Made by a program: the position numbers and the translations under genes | Notes under the pieces: generated by a model | Told to the model about the DNA's origin: nothing | The model's database searches: none | Seen by the model: the letters and a program-made list of their open reading frames with translations, nothing else | Origin: Clostridiales bacterium | GTDB lineage: Bacteria > Bacillota > Clostridia > Oscillospirales > Oscillospiraceae | Assembly (NCBI GenBank): GCA_009774055.1 | Contig: VSNB01000001.1 | Location: 1-49,735, forward strand | Length of the DNA stretch: 49,735 bases | Direction: 5' to 3' | Shown here: in pieces, positions 17,735 to 27,136 of the stretch | Layout: each line of letters opens with the position of its first letter | Numbering within the stretch: position 1 is the stretch's first letter

Positions 17735-18414
17735 TACCCGTCCTCCTCCATCGCCGCGGCATCGTCATAGTCGTAGCGGTAAAGCAGATACTCCGAGAGG
17801 AAGATCGTCAGCGCCACGGCCAGCGCGATACCGGCGATCAGAATGGGGGCGACCAGCTCCGCCGTAAGCCGTCCGGCCTGCCCCGCGAAAATCAGCAGAA
17901 AGAATATGATGCCGAAGCCGATCCGCAGGGCCTTCCGCTCCGCTCTGGCGGCGTTTTCCTTGTAACGCTCGTCCATGAGGGTGTTGGACATCTTCCCCTC
18001 GAAGAAAAATCCAAAGAAGCCGAAGAAGGCGAAAAATATAAAGCCCGACAGGTCCCCCAGCGCTCCATAGGTCCAGAACCCGGCAAATCCCAGAAACCCG
18101 CAGAATCCCAAAAAGCCGAGCTTCGGACTCAACCGCCGGGTGCGGCCCGTCTTCGCCGCACGCTCCTTTTGAACCCTGATCCCCCGGACCAGCAGGAACG
18201 CCAGATACAGGACATACAGTACGTCCAGTGCTATGGCCAGAAGCATAGGAATATCCGCCGGCGCAAAAGCATAGGAATGCATGGGGTAGACAAGCTTCCC
18301 GCCGTTGTACGTCAGGTCGTACCAGACCGCCGCCCCCGTCAGAGCCGCGCACAGCACGCCCCCCAGCGCCAGCAGCAGTCCCCTGGGATGGTTGGATGTC
18401 TGATTGTGTTTCAT
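17734..18414 (-). CDS. Multi-pass membrane protein co-transcribed with the XRE regulator
   Basis: 226 aa, several hydrophobic helices, F/G-rich stretches. No enzymatic motif recognised. Confidence 0.7.
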   Translation of the reverse strand: MKHNQTSNHPRGLLLALGGVLCAALTGAAVWYDLTYNGGKLVYPMHSYAFAPADIPMLLAIALDVLYVLYLAFLLVRGIRVQKERAAKTGRTRRLSPKLGFLGFCGFLGFAGFWTYGALGDLSGFIFFAFFGFFGFFFEGKMSNTLMDERYKENAARAERKALRIGFGIIFFLLIFAGQAGRLTAELVAPILIAGIALAVALTIFLSEYLLYRYDYDDAAAMEEDG

Positions 18415-18440
18415 AAGAAAACGCCTCCTGATTTATTGTA

Positions 18441-18477
18441 GTGATATATTTATCACTTGTTGAGATAAATATATCAC
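18441..18477. promoter_or_regulatory. Pair of AT-rich palindromic operator-like sites upstream of the membrane-protein/XRE operon
   Basis: GTGATATATTTATCAC (18441-18456) and GAGATAAATATATCAC (18462-18477). A third, weaker copy GACAAATATATCTC lies near 18505-18520. Confidence 0.5.
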
Positions 18478-18817
18478 CATTGCTCCAGCTTGTCAAGAGG
18501 GAATATGACAAATATATCTCTTTCTTCAGAATGCGGGATGCGGCAGCATGCTGCGACGCGGGAGTGGAGCGCATCCACCCGCTTTTATGGAACCGCCGGC
18601 AGGCGTCGTACAGGCATGCCTCATCCCCCCTGCGGCAATTCGACAATTCTCGACACGCGGGACGAATATTTCCTGTTGAACGCCCGCGCAATTTACGGAA
18701 AACCGGCGATTTCGCCCTTGACGGGAGGACGGACAGTGTGTATCATAGATAAATGTAGGATTTTGTCCTTTTGGGAAGGATATGATGTTCGGTCCCTTGG
18801 GCCGGGAAGGATACCGC

Positions 18818-19504
18818 ATGATACGACTGACAGATGTAGTGAAAGAATACCCCAACGGCACCCACGCCCTCAACGGCTTGTCCATGGAGATCCAGGACGG
18901 GGAGTTCGTTTTTATGGTGGGCCCCTCCGGCAGCGGCAAGTCCACGGTGATCAAGCTGCTCATCGGAGAGATCGTCCCCACGGAGGGCCGGGTGATGGTT
19001 AACGGCTTCTCCCTGACCAACATCAAGGAGTGGCAGGTCCCCCACCTGCGCCGGACGGTGGGCGTTATTTTTCAGGATTTCCGGCTGATTGAGCACAAAT
19101 CCGTCTATGATAATATGGTATTCGCCATGCGGGCGGTGGGCGCAGGCCCCAAAGAGGTCAAAAAGCGCATTCCCTACTGCCTGAACCTGGTGGGCCTGGA
19201 GAACAAGGGGCGGCGGCTGCCCTCGGAGCTCTCCGGCGGCGAGCAGCAGCGGGTGGCCATCGCCCGGGCCCTGCTGAACAACCCCAGCACCATCATCGCC
19301 GACGAGCCCACCGGCAACCTGGACCCCGCCCGCTCCCTGGAGATCATGCGCCTGCTGGAGCGGATCAACGCCCTGGGGACCACGGTGCTGGTGGTGACCC
19401 ACGAGAAGGACCTGGTCAACCGCTTTGACAAGCGGGTGGTCATGCTGGAGCGTGGACGGGTGGTCAGCGACGGCTTTGGGTACTACGGGAGGAAAGCGCT
19501 GTGA
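18818..19504 (+). CDS. ftsE: Cell-division ABC ATPase FtsE
   Basis: Start at MIRLTDVVKEY. Has GPSGSGKST, LSGGEQQRVAIARAL and IIADEPTGNLD. Confidence 0.9.
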   Translation: MIRLTDVVKEYPNGTHALNGLSMEIQDGEFVFMVGPSGSGKSTVIKLLIGEIVPTEGRVMVNGFSLTNIKEWQVPHLRRTVGVIFQDFRLIEHKSVYDNMVFAMRAVGAGPKEVKKRIPYCLNLVGLENKGRRLPSELSGGEQQRVAIARALLNNPSTIIADEPTGNLDPARSLEIMRLLERINALGTTVLVVTHEKDLVNRFDKRVVMLERGRVVSDGFGYYGRKAL

Positions 19505-20391
19505 ACAAGCATAACTTTTTTTATTTTATTAAAGAGGGCGCGGTGAACATGTTCAGCCACGGCTTCATGTCCTTCGCTTCCGTGGGCATCACGGTGGCCT
19601 GCCTGCTCATCATGGGCACCTTTACCCTGGTGGCAGTGAACGCCAACGCCATGCTGGCGGAGCTGGAGAGCCAGAACCAGGTGCTGGCCTTTGTGGAGAA
19701 GGGCATGAGCGAGGCCGAGGCCCGGGCCCTGGAAAAGGATATCCTGGCCGTGGACAACGTAGCCAGCGCCACCTTTATCTCCAACGAGGAGGCGGCGGAG
19801 GTATTCCGGGGCCGCTACGAGGACGACGAACTGTTCCAGCTGCCCGACGACAACTTCCGCCACCGCTATGCCATCGACCTGGTGGACATCGGCTACATGA
19901 GCCAGACCAAGGCGGCCCTGGAGGCCCTGCCCGGCATCGGCAGGGGCAACGTCAACGCTTATGAGGACGAGGCGGCGGGCTTCATCACCATCCGCAACGT
20001 GGCAGGAATCGTATGCGTGGTGCTCATCGCGGTGCTGTTTGTGGTGTCGGTGTTCATCATGGCAAACACCATCAAGCTGACCACCTTCGACCGCCGGGAC
20101 GAGATTGCCATCATGAAGATGGTGGGGGCCACCAACGGGTTTATCCGCTGGCCCTTCGTGTACGAGGGATTCCTGATGGGCGTGTTTTCGGCGGTGATCG
20201 GGTTCTTCCTCCAGTGGGGGCTCTACGAGGCGGTGTCCCGATCGGTCGCCAGCAACGACACCATCAACCTCATCACCGTGGTGCCCTTTGAGAGCATGTG
20301 GAACTATGTCGCGATCATCTTCGCCGCCGCCGGAATGCTCATCGGCGTGGGCGGCAGCCTCAGTGCGATCAGGAAGTTTTTACAGGTTTGA
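19501..20391 (+). CDS. ftsX: Cell-division permease-like protein FtsX
   Basis: GTG start overlaps the ftsE stop (GTGA). Has the FtsX fold pattern and the MKMVGATNGFIRWPF motif. Confidence 0.9.
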   Translation: MNKHNFFYFIKEGAVNMFSHGFMSFASVGITVACLLIMGTFTLVAVNANAMLAELESQNQVLAFVEKGMSEAEARALEKDILAVDNVASATFISNEEAAEVFRGRYEDDELFQLPDDNFRHRYAIDLVDIGYMSQTKAALEALPGIGRGNVNAYEDEAAGFITIRNVAGIVCVVLIAVLFVVSVFIMANTIKLTTFDRRDEIAIMKMVGATNGFIRWPFVYEGFLMGVFSAVIGFFLQWGLYEAVSRSVASNDTINLITVVPFESMWNYVAIIFAAAGMLIGVGGSLSAIRKFLQV

Positions 20392-20406
20392 TCTGCGCCG
20401 TATCAG

Positions 20407-20440
20407 AAAAAATCCGTGGGCGGACTGCCCACGGATTTTT
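20407..20440 (+). terminator. Rho-independent terminator after ftsX
   Basis: AAAAATCCGTGGGC / GCCCACGGATTTTT stem followed by T-rich sequence. Confidence 0.85.
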
Positions 20441-20568
20441 CTGTATGCCAAAAAAGACCCCCTGTATCTTTCGGGAAAGAGAAAGACCAGACCGGGCCCA
20501 GCCTCCTCCGCGCACGGCATTCCCGGTTTCCGCATACACTGGGATACCATACGCAAAGGAGGTTCGGT

Positions 20569-21207
20569 ATGGAGCAGCAATTTCCCTTTCAGGCGTCCCA
20601 GCTCCCGTACAGCCACGTGGCGCTGATGCCCTACTGCGACGCCGATACGCTGTATTACCACCACGACAAATATTACGCCGAGACTGTCTACGAGCTCAAC
20701 CGCCTGGCGGTGCAGCACCGGCTGACCGACCAGAGCCTGTCCCAGCTGGCCACGATGGACTACAACCTGCCCGCCGCCCAGCTCAACCGGCTGCGGAGCG
20801 CCGCCGGCTCGGTGTTCAACCACCAGCTCTATTTCGACGGCATCGGCTGCAAGGCCGGTCCGCCGCCCTTCAACCGCCTGACGGAGGCCATCACCGCCGC
20901 GTACGGCTCCATGGCCCGTTTCCAGCAGCTGCTGACCGAGGCGGCGGAGAGCATCATCGGTTCCGGCTGGGTGTGGCTGGTGGCGGAGGGAAACAAGGGG
21001 ATACATATCGCCACCACCGCCAACAACGAGGTGGTGCCTCTGGCATCGGTGACGCCGGTGCTGATCGCGGATTTGTGGGAGCACGCCTACCTTTCCATGG
21101 ACCATTTCAATAAGTCGACCTATATGGAGGACTGGTTCTCCCTCATTAACTGGGGCAGGGCGGAGGAACGCTACCTCTCCGCTCTGGGGACTGCGGCAGT
21201 GGGCTAG
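20569..21207 (+). CDS. Fe/Mn superoxide dismutase family protein (divergent)
   Basis: Start at MEQQFPF behind AAAGGAGG. Has the LYYHHDKYY, FNHQLYF and DLWEHAYL blocks of the Fe/Mn-SOD fold. Confidence 0.8.
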   Translation: MEQQFPFQASQLPYSHVALMPYCDADTLYYHHDKYYAETVYELNRLAVQHRLTDQSLSQLATMDYNLPAAQLNRLRSAAGSVFNHQLYFDGIGCKAGPPPFNRLTEAITAAYGSMARFQQLLTEAAESIIGSGWVWLVAEGNKGIHIATTANNEVVPLASVTPVLIADLWEHAYLSMDHFNKSTYMEDWFSLINWGRAEERYLSALGTAAVG

Positions 21208-21361
21208 GTGGCATTCCTTTTCTTTGTGAACGAGGAAAAAACAAATCGGAAACCGTTCTGCCCGCCCCGCACATTTCGAGGCGCAGGACGCAGCGGAAGC
21301 CGGCTCCCAGGAGACAGGGAGGCGGCTTCCGCCATTGTTTCATATCCACAGCCCGCAGGAA

Positions 21362-24300
21362 TTACTCCAGGATTTCGTCCAGAGTTTCCATGAGCTTTTC
21401 AATATCAATCGGCTTGGCGATGTGTCCGTTCATTCCGCAGCGCAGCGCTGCCTGCCTATCCTCCTCGAAGGCGTTGGCGGTCATGGCCAGGATGGGCACG
21501 GAGGCCAGCTTCTGATCCTCCAGACTGCGAATAGCTTTGGCCGCCTCGTAGCCGTCCATTACCGGCATCTGAATATCCATCAGTACCAGACGGTAATACC
21601 CGGGCTCCGAATGGGAGAGCATGTCTACGGCGATCTGCCCGTTTTCCGCCTCGTCCAGGGTGAAGCCGGCTTCACCCAGAATGGCCTCGGCGATCTCCCG
21701 GTTCAGCTCGTTGTCCTCCGCCAGCAGGATATGGCCGGTGTGCCGCCGCTCCGGGACGAGATCGGCTTTTACCGGCGTCTCCTCCTCTGCGGCCACCACA
21801 CTCCGCAGACAGCGGCGCAGCTCCGAGAGGAACAGCGGCTTGCTGCAGAAGGCGGTAACGCCGGCGGCCCGGGCCTCCTCCTCAATGTCGGACCAGTCGT
21901 AGGCGGTCAGGACGATGATGGGCACCTCCTCCCCCATCTCCTTGCGGATGCGGCGGGCCACCTCCACGCCGTTGAGGTCCGGCAGCAGCCAGTCCAGGAT
22001 GTACACGCTGTAGTTGTCATTGCGCATAGCCGCCTGGCGGGTGCGGAGCACCGCCTCCTTCCCCGACAGGGTCCACTCCGCCCGCAGGCCGATCTGCTGG
22101 AGCATGTAGGTCACGCTGTCGCAGGTGTTGAAGTCGTCGTCCACCACCAGGGCCCGGCAGCCGGCCAGCTCCGGGATGGTCTGGGGCTCCTTCTCCCCCT
22201 CGCCCAGACGGAAGGTCAGGGACACAATGAACTCCGTTCCCGTCCCCGGCTCGCTCTTGACGGAAATGGCGCCATTCATCATGTCCACGATATTCTTGGT
22301 GATGGCCATGCCCAGACCGGTGCCCTGGATGCCGCTGATGGTGGAATTCCGCTCCCGCTCGAAGGGCTCAAAGATGTGCTCCACGAACTCCTGGCTCATG
22401 CCGATGCCCGTGTCGCGGATATGGAACTCATAGTTGGCGAAGCCCGCCGGCGCGCCGGGCTTCTGGACAATGCGGATGCTGACGATGCCGCCAGCGGGGG
22501 TGTACTTTACCGCGTTGCTCAGCAGGTTCAGCAGCAGCTGGTTCAGCCGCAGGCGGTCGCAGCAGATCTCCTCGTCCAGCACGTCCACCGCGTCGATATA
22601 CAGCTCCAGCTGTTTGGCCCGGATGTCCGCCTGAATGATGCTGCGCAGGCCGTGGAGAATGTCCGGCAGACTGCACGGGGCCTCCTCCAGGTGCATCTTG
22701 CCGCTTTCAATGCGGCTCATGTCCAGAATGTCGTTGATGAGGCTGAGCAGGTGGTTACCGGAGGTCATGATTTTTTTGAGGTACTCCTGGACCTGCTCAG
22801 TCTGCTCAATGTGGGTGATGGCCAGAGCGGTGAAGCCCACGATGGCGTTCATGGGTGTACGGATGTCGTGGGACATGTTGGAGAGGAAGACGCTCTTGGC
22901 CTTGCTGGCCCGGTTGGCCTGGAGCAGGGCATCCTCCAGCAGGCTCTTCTTCTCCATTTCGCTGCGGGTTTCCTCGTCCACGCTGCGCAGTCCCAGCACA
23001 ACGCCCCGCTGCTCCTCCCAGGACCCGGCGGGCACAACCTTCATCTGGTAGTACTCCATTTTCCCGCCGAAGTCCGTGCGGTAATTGACGTAGCACAGGC
23101 CCTTCTCCTCCAGCTCCCGGGTGATCCACTCCCTGGAGGCGGCCTGCCGCAGGTCCTCCTGGTCCTCCGGACAGACATAGCCCTCTATGTACTGCTCCAT
23201 GCTGCCTTCCAGGGTGACGGGACCGCTGAAGATCTCGTCCAGCTTCCTCCGGCCGCCGTCCGCCACCCGGAGGGGGTAGCCTTCGCCTGTATCCAAATCG
23301 AAGAAGCAAACCAGGCTGTAGTCCAGGCTCAGCGCCTGGATCAGCGCCATCTGCCGGCGCTTCGCCTCCTCGTGCTCCACCTCCTCCCGCTGCTTCTGGG
23401 CGGTGCAGTCCAGAAGGAAGCGCTGGTAGAACAGCTCCCCGTTTTCCTCCACCACCTTGATGTTGCCCATCACATGGATGAGCCGTCCGTCCTTATGCTG
23501 GACCCGGTACTCCACGCCGGCGCTCTCGCCCGCCCGTTCCAGGCTGCAGATGCTGGCGCGCAGCTTGTCCTTGTCCTCGTCTACCACCGAGGCGGCTACC
23601 ATCTGGAAGCCCTCGGCGAACATTTCCTCCTGGGACGCATAGCCCAAAATCTCCAGGGCCGCCCGGTTGATGCTCAGGATGCGGGAGCCGTCCATGCTGT
23701 GGCACATGATGCCGCAGTCCATGGTGGTGAACAGGGCCTCCAGGGTACGGTTCTTCTGGACGATCTCCTGCTCGTAGGCCCGCTCCTGGGTGATGTCGAT
23801 GCCCACGCCGACGGTGCCCATGACGCTGCCATCCAGGTCGTAGAGCGGCGATTTGTAGGTAGTCAGCAGCCGCACACCCTCGCCGGTCTGTACCGTCTCC
23901 TCGGCCACACAGGTCCGTTTCTCGGTCATCACGACCCGCTCCGACTCGATGCAGGCGGGGTCGTCCTGCTCCACGTCCCAGATATAGGCGTGGCCCCGGC
24001 CCTGGACCTGCTCCTTGGTCTTGTTCACCGTCCGGCAGAAGCTGTCGTTGACTTTTTCGTGAATGCCGTCCTTGGTTTTATACCAAATGAGACTGGGAAT
24101 GCTGTTAATGGCGGCCTCCAGGTACTGGCTGGTCTGCCAGGCGTCCCTGCGCTCCTTGCAGAGCCGCTGCCGCCGGATGAAGCGGAAGCGGAATTCCTCT
24201 TCCGATACCGGCAGCGTCCAGACGTCGTCCACCTGGTCCAGTTCCGCCGCCAGCAGGGGGATCTGCTCCCGCTCCGCCAGCAGCACCAGCTCGCTCCCCG

Positions 24301-24514
24301 GCCTTCTGACCGCCGTCAGAACCCGCAGGGCCGCCGCGTCCAGCTCCCGCAGGTCCGCCAGGATCACGTCCGCCCGGGAGGCGAGCTCCGTCTGCGGTTC
24401 CCGGCTTTCCGTGAACGCATGTTGAAAACCATCCAAAGCCGGCATGCTCCTGGCAGTATCCCACAGGGCGCTGGAGGGGCCGGTCAAATAGAACTGAAGA
24501 AGACAATGGTACAT
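21362..24514 (-). CDS. Cytoplasmic hybrid sensor histidine kinase with PAS domains and two C-terminal receiver domains
   Basis: 1050 aa. H-box SNMSHDIRTPMNAIVGF, HATPase G-box GTGLGMAITKNIV, and two REC domains (VVDDDFN...ILDWLLPDLNG; ILLAEDNELN...VLMDIQMPVMDG). No TM segments seen. Confidence 0.9.
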   Translation of the reverse strand: MYHCLLQFYLTGPSSALWDTARSMPALDGFQHAFTESREPQTELASRADVILADLRELDAAALRVLTAVRRPGSELVLLAEREQIPLLAAELDQVDDVWTLPVSEEEFRFRFIRRQRLCKERRDAWQTSQYLEAAINSIPSLIWYKTKDGIHEKVNDSFCRTVNKTKEQVQGRGHAYIWDVEQDDPACIESERVVMTEKRTCVAEETVQTGEGVRLLTTYKSPLYDLDGSVMGTVGVGIDITQERAYEQEIVQKNRTLEALFTTMDCGIMCHSMDGSRILSINRAALEILGYASQEEMFAEGFQMVAASVVDEDKDKLRASICSLERAGESAGVEYRVQHKDGRLIHVMGNIKVVEENGELFYQRFLLDCTAQKQREEVEHEEAKRRQMALIQALSLDYSLVCFFDLDTGEGYPLRVADGGRRKLDEIFSGPVTLEGSMEQYIEGYVCPEDQEDLRQAASREWITRELEEKGLCYVNYRTDFGGKMEYYQMKVVPAGSWEEQRGVVLGLRSVDEETRSEMEKKSLLEDALLQANRASKAKSVFLSNMSHDIRTPMNAIVGFTALAITHIEQTEQVQEYLKKIMTSGNHLLSLINDILDMSRIESGKMHLEEAPCSLPDILHGLRSIIQADIRAKQLELYIDAVDVLDEEICCDRLRLNQLLLNLLSNAVKYTPAGGIVSIRIVQKPGAPAGFANYEFHIRDTGIGMSQEFVEHIFEPFERERNSTISGIQGTGLGMAITKNIVDMMNGAISVKSEPGTGTEFIVSLTFRLGEGEKEPQTIPELAGCRALVVDDDFNTCDSVTYMLQQIGLRAEWTLSGKEAVLRTRQAAMRNDNYSVYILDWLLPDLNGVEVARRIRKEMGEEVPIIVLTAYDWSDIEEEARAAGVTAFCSKPLFLSELRRCLRSVVAAEEETPVKADLVPERRHTGHILLAEDNELNREIAEAILGEAGFTLDEAENGQIAVDMLSHSEPGYYRLVLMDIQMPVMDGYEAAKAIRSLEDQKLASVPILAMTANAFEEDRQAALRCGMNGHIAKPIDIEKLMETLDEILE

Positions 24515-24713
24515 AAAGCTTTTCCTCCGTGCTCCGCACAGTCTTTCCTATATTTTATTCTAAAGGGCAAGAGCGGTAATGTCAATAACGGAAATGCGTT
24601 TTACCAGAAAATGTGCGGACGGCGGACGGAACAAAATATTCTTGACAAACGTCTAACCCGGCGTTACCATAGACGGCGTCTACCATACTACACATATTCG
24701 GAGGTTATACAAG

Positions 24714-25691
24714 ATGAAAAAAGGATTATCGCTGCTGCTGGCTCTGGTCATGCTCCTGAGCTTGGCGGCCTGCTCCCGGGATAAGCAGGGACCCGACGTG
24801 CCGGAGGACGGAACGGAGCCCCCCGCCGCCGTCCAGCCCCAGGAGCCTGACGAGCCGGAGGACTCCCTGGAGCCCGTGGAGCCGGTCATTCCCGACAGCC
24901 AGCCGGATGAGCCCCTGCCGGACCCGGAGGGGAACGACGGCATTGCCGACACAGGGGAGAACGGGGACGAGCCGGCGGATGAGGCCATTTCCGCCAGTCA
25001 TACGGACGTGACTTTGAAACAGAAGGGCGAAACCTTTACCCTGTCCGCCAAGGGCGTTCCGGGCGTTTACGCCAGCTCCTTCACCTCCGCCGACCCCTCC
25101 GTGGCGTCGGTGGACGAAACCACGGGCCTTGTAACCGCCGCAGCCCCCGGCTCCACCACGATCACCATGCACATCGAGTATGAGAAGGGGCAGCTCGATT
25201 TCGAGTGCATCGTCCGGTGCCGTTGGGAGGAGAAGACGGAGAATACGGAGGAACCCAGCCAGCCCGTCTCCGGCGGGGCGGAGCTGCCGTCCCTCCAGGA
25301 GTTCTTCACCACCCTCCAGGGCAAGTACGACTCCCTGGACGCCATGGCGGTGATCGAGGGGGATCTGCTGGAGAACTATTACCCCGGCCTCAGCAGCATT
25401 GCCGCCGTGGAGGAGATCTATATCCAGGAGACGATGATCACCATGGCCAACGTGGCCGTCGGTCTGGTGAAGCTGTCCGACAGCGCCACGGCGGAAGACA
25501 TCCTCGCCGTACAGGCAGTTTTCCAGAATCGGATCGACACCCAGGCCAACGGCGGCGCATGGTACCCCATGTCCTGCGAAACCTGGGAGCAGGCCGTCAC
25601 CACCTCCACCTCCAACGTGGTGGGCATGTTCGTCTATCCGGACGCGGCCCAGGCCATGGCGGACCTGTTTACGGAGTCCTTCAGCAACTGA
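24714..25691 (+). CDS. Lipoprotein with an acidic Pro/Glu-rich linker and an Ig-like (Big_2-type) domain
   Basis: Signal peptide with lipobox LSLAAC. VTLKQKGETFTLSAKG...SADPSVASVDETTGLVTAAAPGSTTITMHI resembles Big_2. Confidence 0.75.
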   Translation: MKKGLSLLLALVMLLSLAACSRDKQGPDVPEDGTEPPAAVQPQEPDEPEDSLEPVEPVIPDSQPDEPLPDPEGNDGIADTGENGDEPADEAISASHTDVTLKQKGETFTLSAKGVPGVYASSFTSADPSVASVDETTGLVTAAAPGSTTITMHIEYEKGQLDFECIVRCRWEEKTENTEEPSQPVSGGAELPSLQEFFTTLQGKYDSLDAMAVIEGDLLENYYPGLSSIAAVEEIYIQETMITMANVAVGLVKLSDSATAEDILAVQAVFQNRIDTQANGGAWYPMSCETWEQAVTTSTSNVVGMFVYPDAAQAMADLFTESFSN

Positions 25692-25705
25692 TACCGGCAT
25701 AATAA

Positions 25706-25736
25706 GAGGGACGGGCTTTATCGGAGCCCGTCCCTC
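25706..25736. terminator. Bidirectional terminator hairpin between convergent genes
   Basis: 12-bp stem GAGGGACGGGCT / AGCCCGTCCCTC. Confidence 0.6.
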
Positions 25737-25751
25737 CTGCTGTACATTCTG

Positions 25752-26375
25752 TTATAAAAGCTCTCCAAAATCCGCAATGTATCGGTCGCACAGCTCCCGC
25801 ATGTCCGCCTCGGCTCCGTGGAAGCAGCTGTCCCGGACGCCCACCACCGTCATGCCGGCGGCCTTGGCCCCCTTGCAGGCGGCGAGGGAGTCGTCAAAGA
25901 ACACGCACTCCCGGGGTTTCACGCCCAGGAGCTCCGCCGCCTGCCGGAAGACGGCCGGGGAACGCTTGTCCTCGCCCAGCTCCTGGGCGTAGATGATTTT
26001 TTCGAAATAGACATCCAGTCCGTGGTTCCGCACCGCCGTCTGGCAGTGCTCCGGCACGCAGGCGGTAAAGACCGCCATCCGGTGTCCCGCCGCCTTGCAG
26101 CGGTCCAGGTACGCCCGGACATGGGGCTTGAGGGGTACGGCGTCGTAAACGCCCTTCGCCAAGTCCATCCACTCCGCGATGATCTCCTCGCAGGATTCCT
26201 CCATCTGGAAGTGGTTCTTGGTGAAAATCGCGCAGTTCTGCAAGATGGAGTGGGCCACGCCGTCGTGGTACTCCTGACTGTAGGCGAAGCCGTGGCGGGC
26301 AAGGAAGGTCTTGTCCACCTCCAGCCACACGCCGTTGGAGTCAATGAGGGTGCCGTCCAGGTCAAAAAGCAGCAT
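25752..26375 (-). CDS. HAD-superfamily hydrolase
   Basis: Motif I LFDLDGTL, and motif IV-like VFFDDS near the C-terminus. Confidence 0.85.
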   Translation of the reverse strand: MLLFDLDGTLIDSNGVWLEVDKTFLARHGFAYSQEYHDGVAHSILQNCAIFTKNHFQMEESCEEIIAEWMDLAKGVYDAVPLKPHVRAYLDRCKAAGHRMAVFTACVPEHCQTAVRNHGLDVYFEKIIYAQELGEDKRSPAVFRQAAELLGVKPRECVFFDDSLAACKGAKAAGMTVVGVRDSCFHGAEADMRELCDRYIADFGELL

Positions 26376-26386
26376 AGGGGTCCTCC

Positions 26387-27001
26387 TTATTCATCCAGCC
26401 AGAACCGCCAGGGAAAATCCACCGCCTCCTGGGCGTAGTCAATGCCGATCCGCTTGCCGGTGTGGAAGGGGAGCTCCTCCGGCCGGCGCGCCAGGCCCAG
26501 CTCCGGCAGGTCGTGGGCCAGACAGAGGACCTGGTTTTCCAGGGGCAGGCCGTTGAGGCTCCGGTCGATGGACAGGCCCCGGCACAGCTTTCCGGGGCCG
26601 TTCATGAAATTTTTCCGCTGGCTGGCATTCATCTCCGCCGCCGCTATGCCAAACCGCCGCCGGGCGGCGGCGTCCGCGCCGTATACCGGCGCGCAGCCCC
26701 GGACCAGGATGGCGGAGGCCTCCCCCTCTGGTCCGGTGACGAAATTGAGGCAGCTGTACATGCCGTAGATCAGGTAGACATAGGCCGTGCCGGGAGTGGC
26801 ATAGAGGGTTTCGGTGCGCTTGGTGCGCCGGCCGCCGTATGCGTGGCATGCCTTGTCAACCGCGCCGACGTAAGCCTCCGTCTCCGTGATCCGGCATACG
26901 ATGGTTTCGCCGCCGTCCACCCGGACCAGATAGCAGCCCAGCAGCGCCTGGGCCGCCGCCACGGTGTCCTGGAGAAAAAATTCCCGGTTAAGTCTTGCCA
27001 T
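26387..27001 (-). CDS. mpg: DNA-3-methyladenine glycosylase (AAG/MPG family)
   Basis: FFLQDTVAAAQALLGCYLVR...ITETEAY...YLIYGMYSCLN is typical of the Mpg family. Confidence 0.85.
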   Translation of the reverse strand: MARLNREFFLQDTVAAAQALLGCYLVRVDGGETIVCRITETEAYVGAVDKACHAYGGRRTKRTETLYATPGTAYVYLIYGMYSCLNFVTGPEGEASAILVRGCAPVYGADAAARRRFGIAAAEMNASQRKNFMNGPGKLCRGLSIDRSLNGLPLENQVLCLAHDLPELGLARRPEELPFHTGKRIGIDYAQEAVDFPWRFWLDE

Positions 27002-27136
27002 TTGCCCACCTCTTTGGTACTATAGCGTCTTAGAGCCTGTTTCCTGTCTCCCCGCACACGTTGAGATATGAAACAGGCCCTTGGCGTCCATTGTACCATA
27101 CATCTGCACACGATTGCAAGAACGAGGTGAAACACC

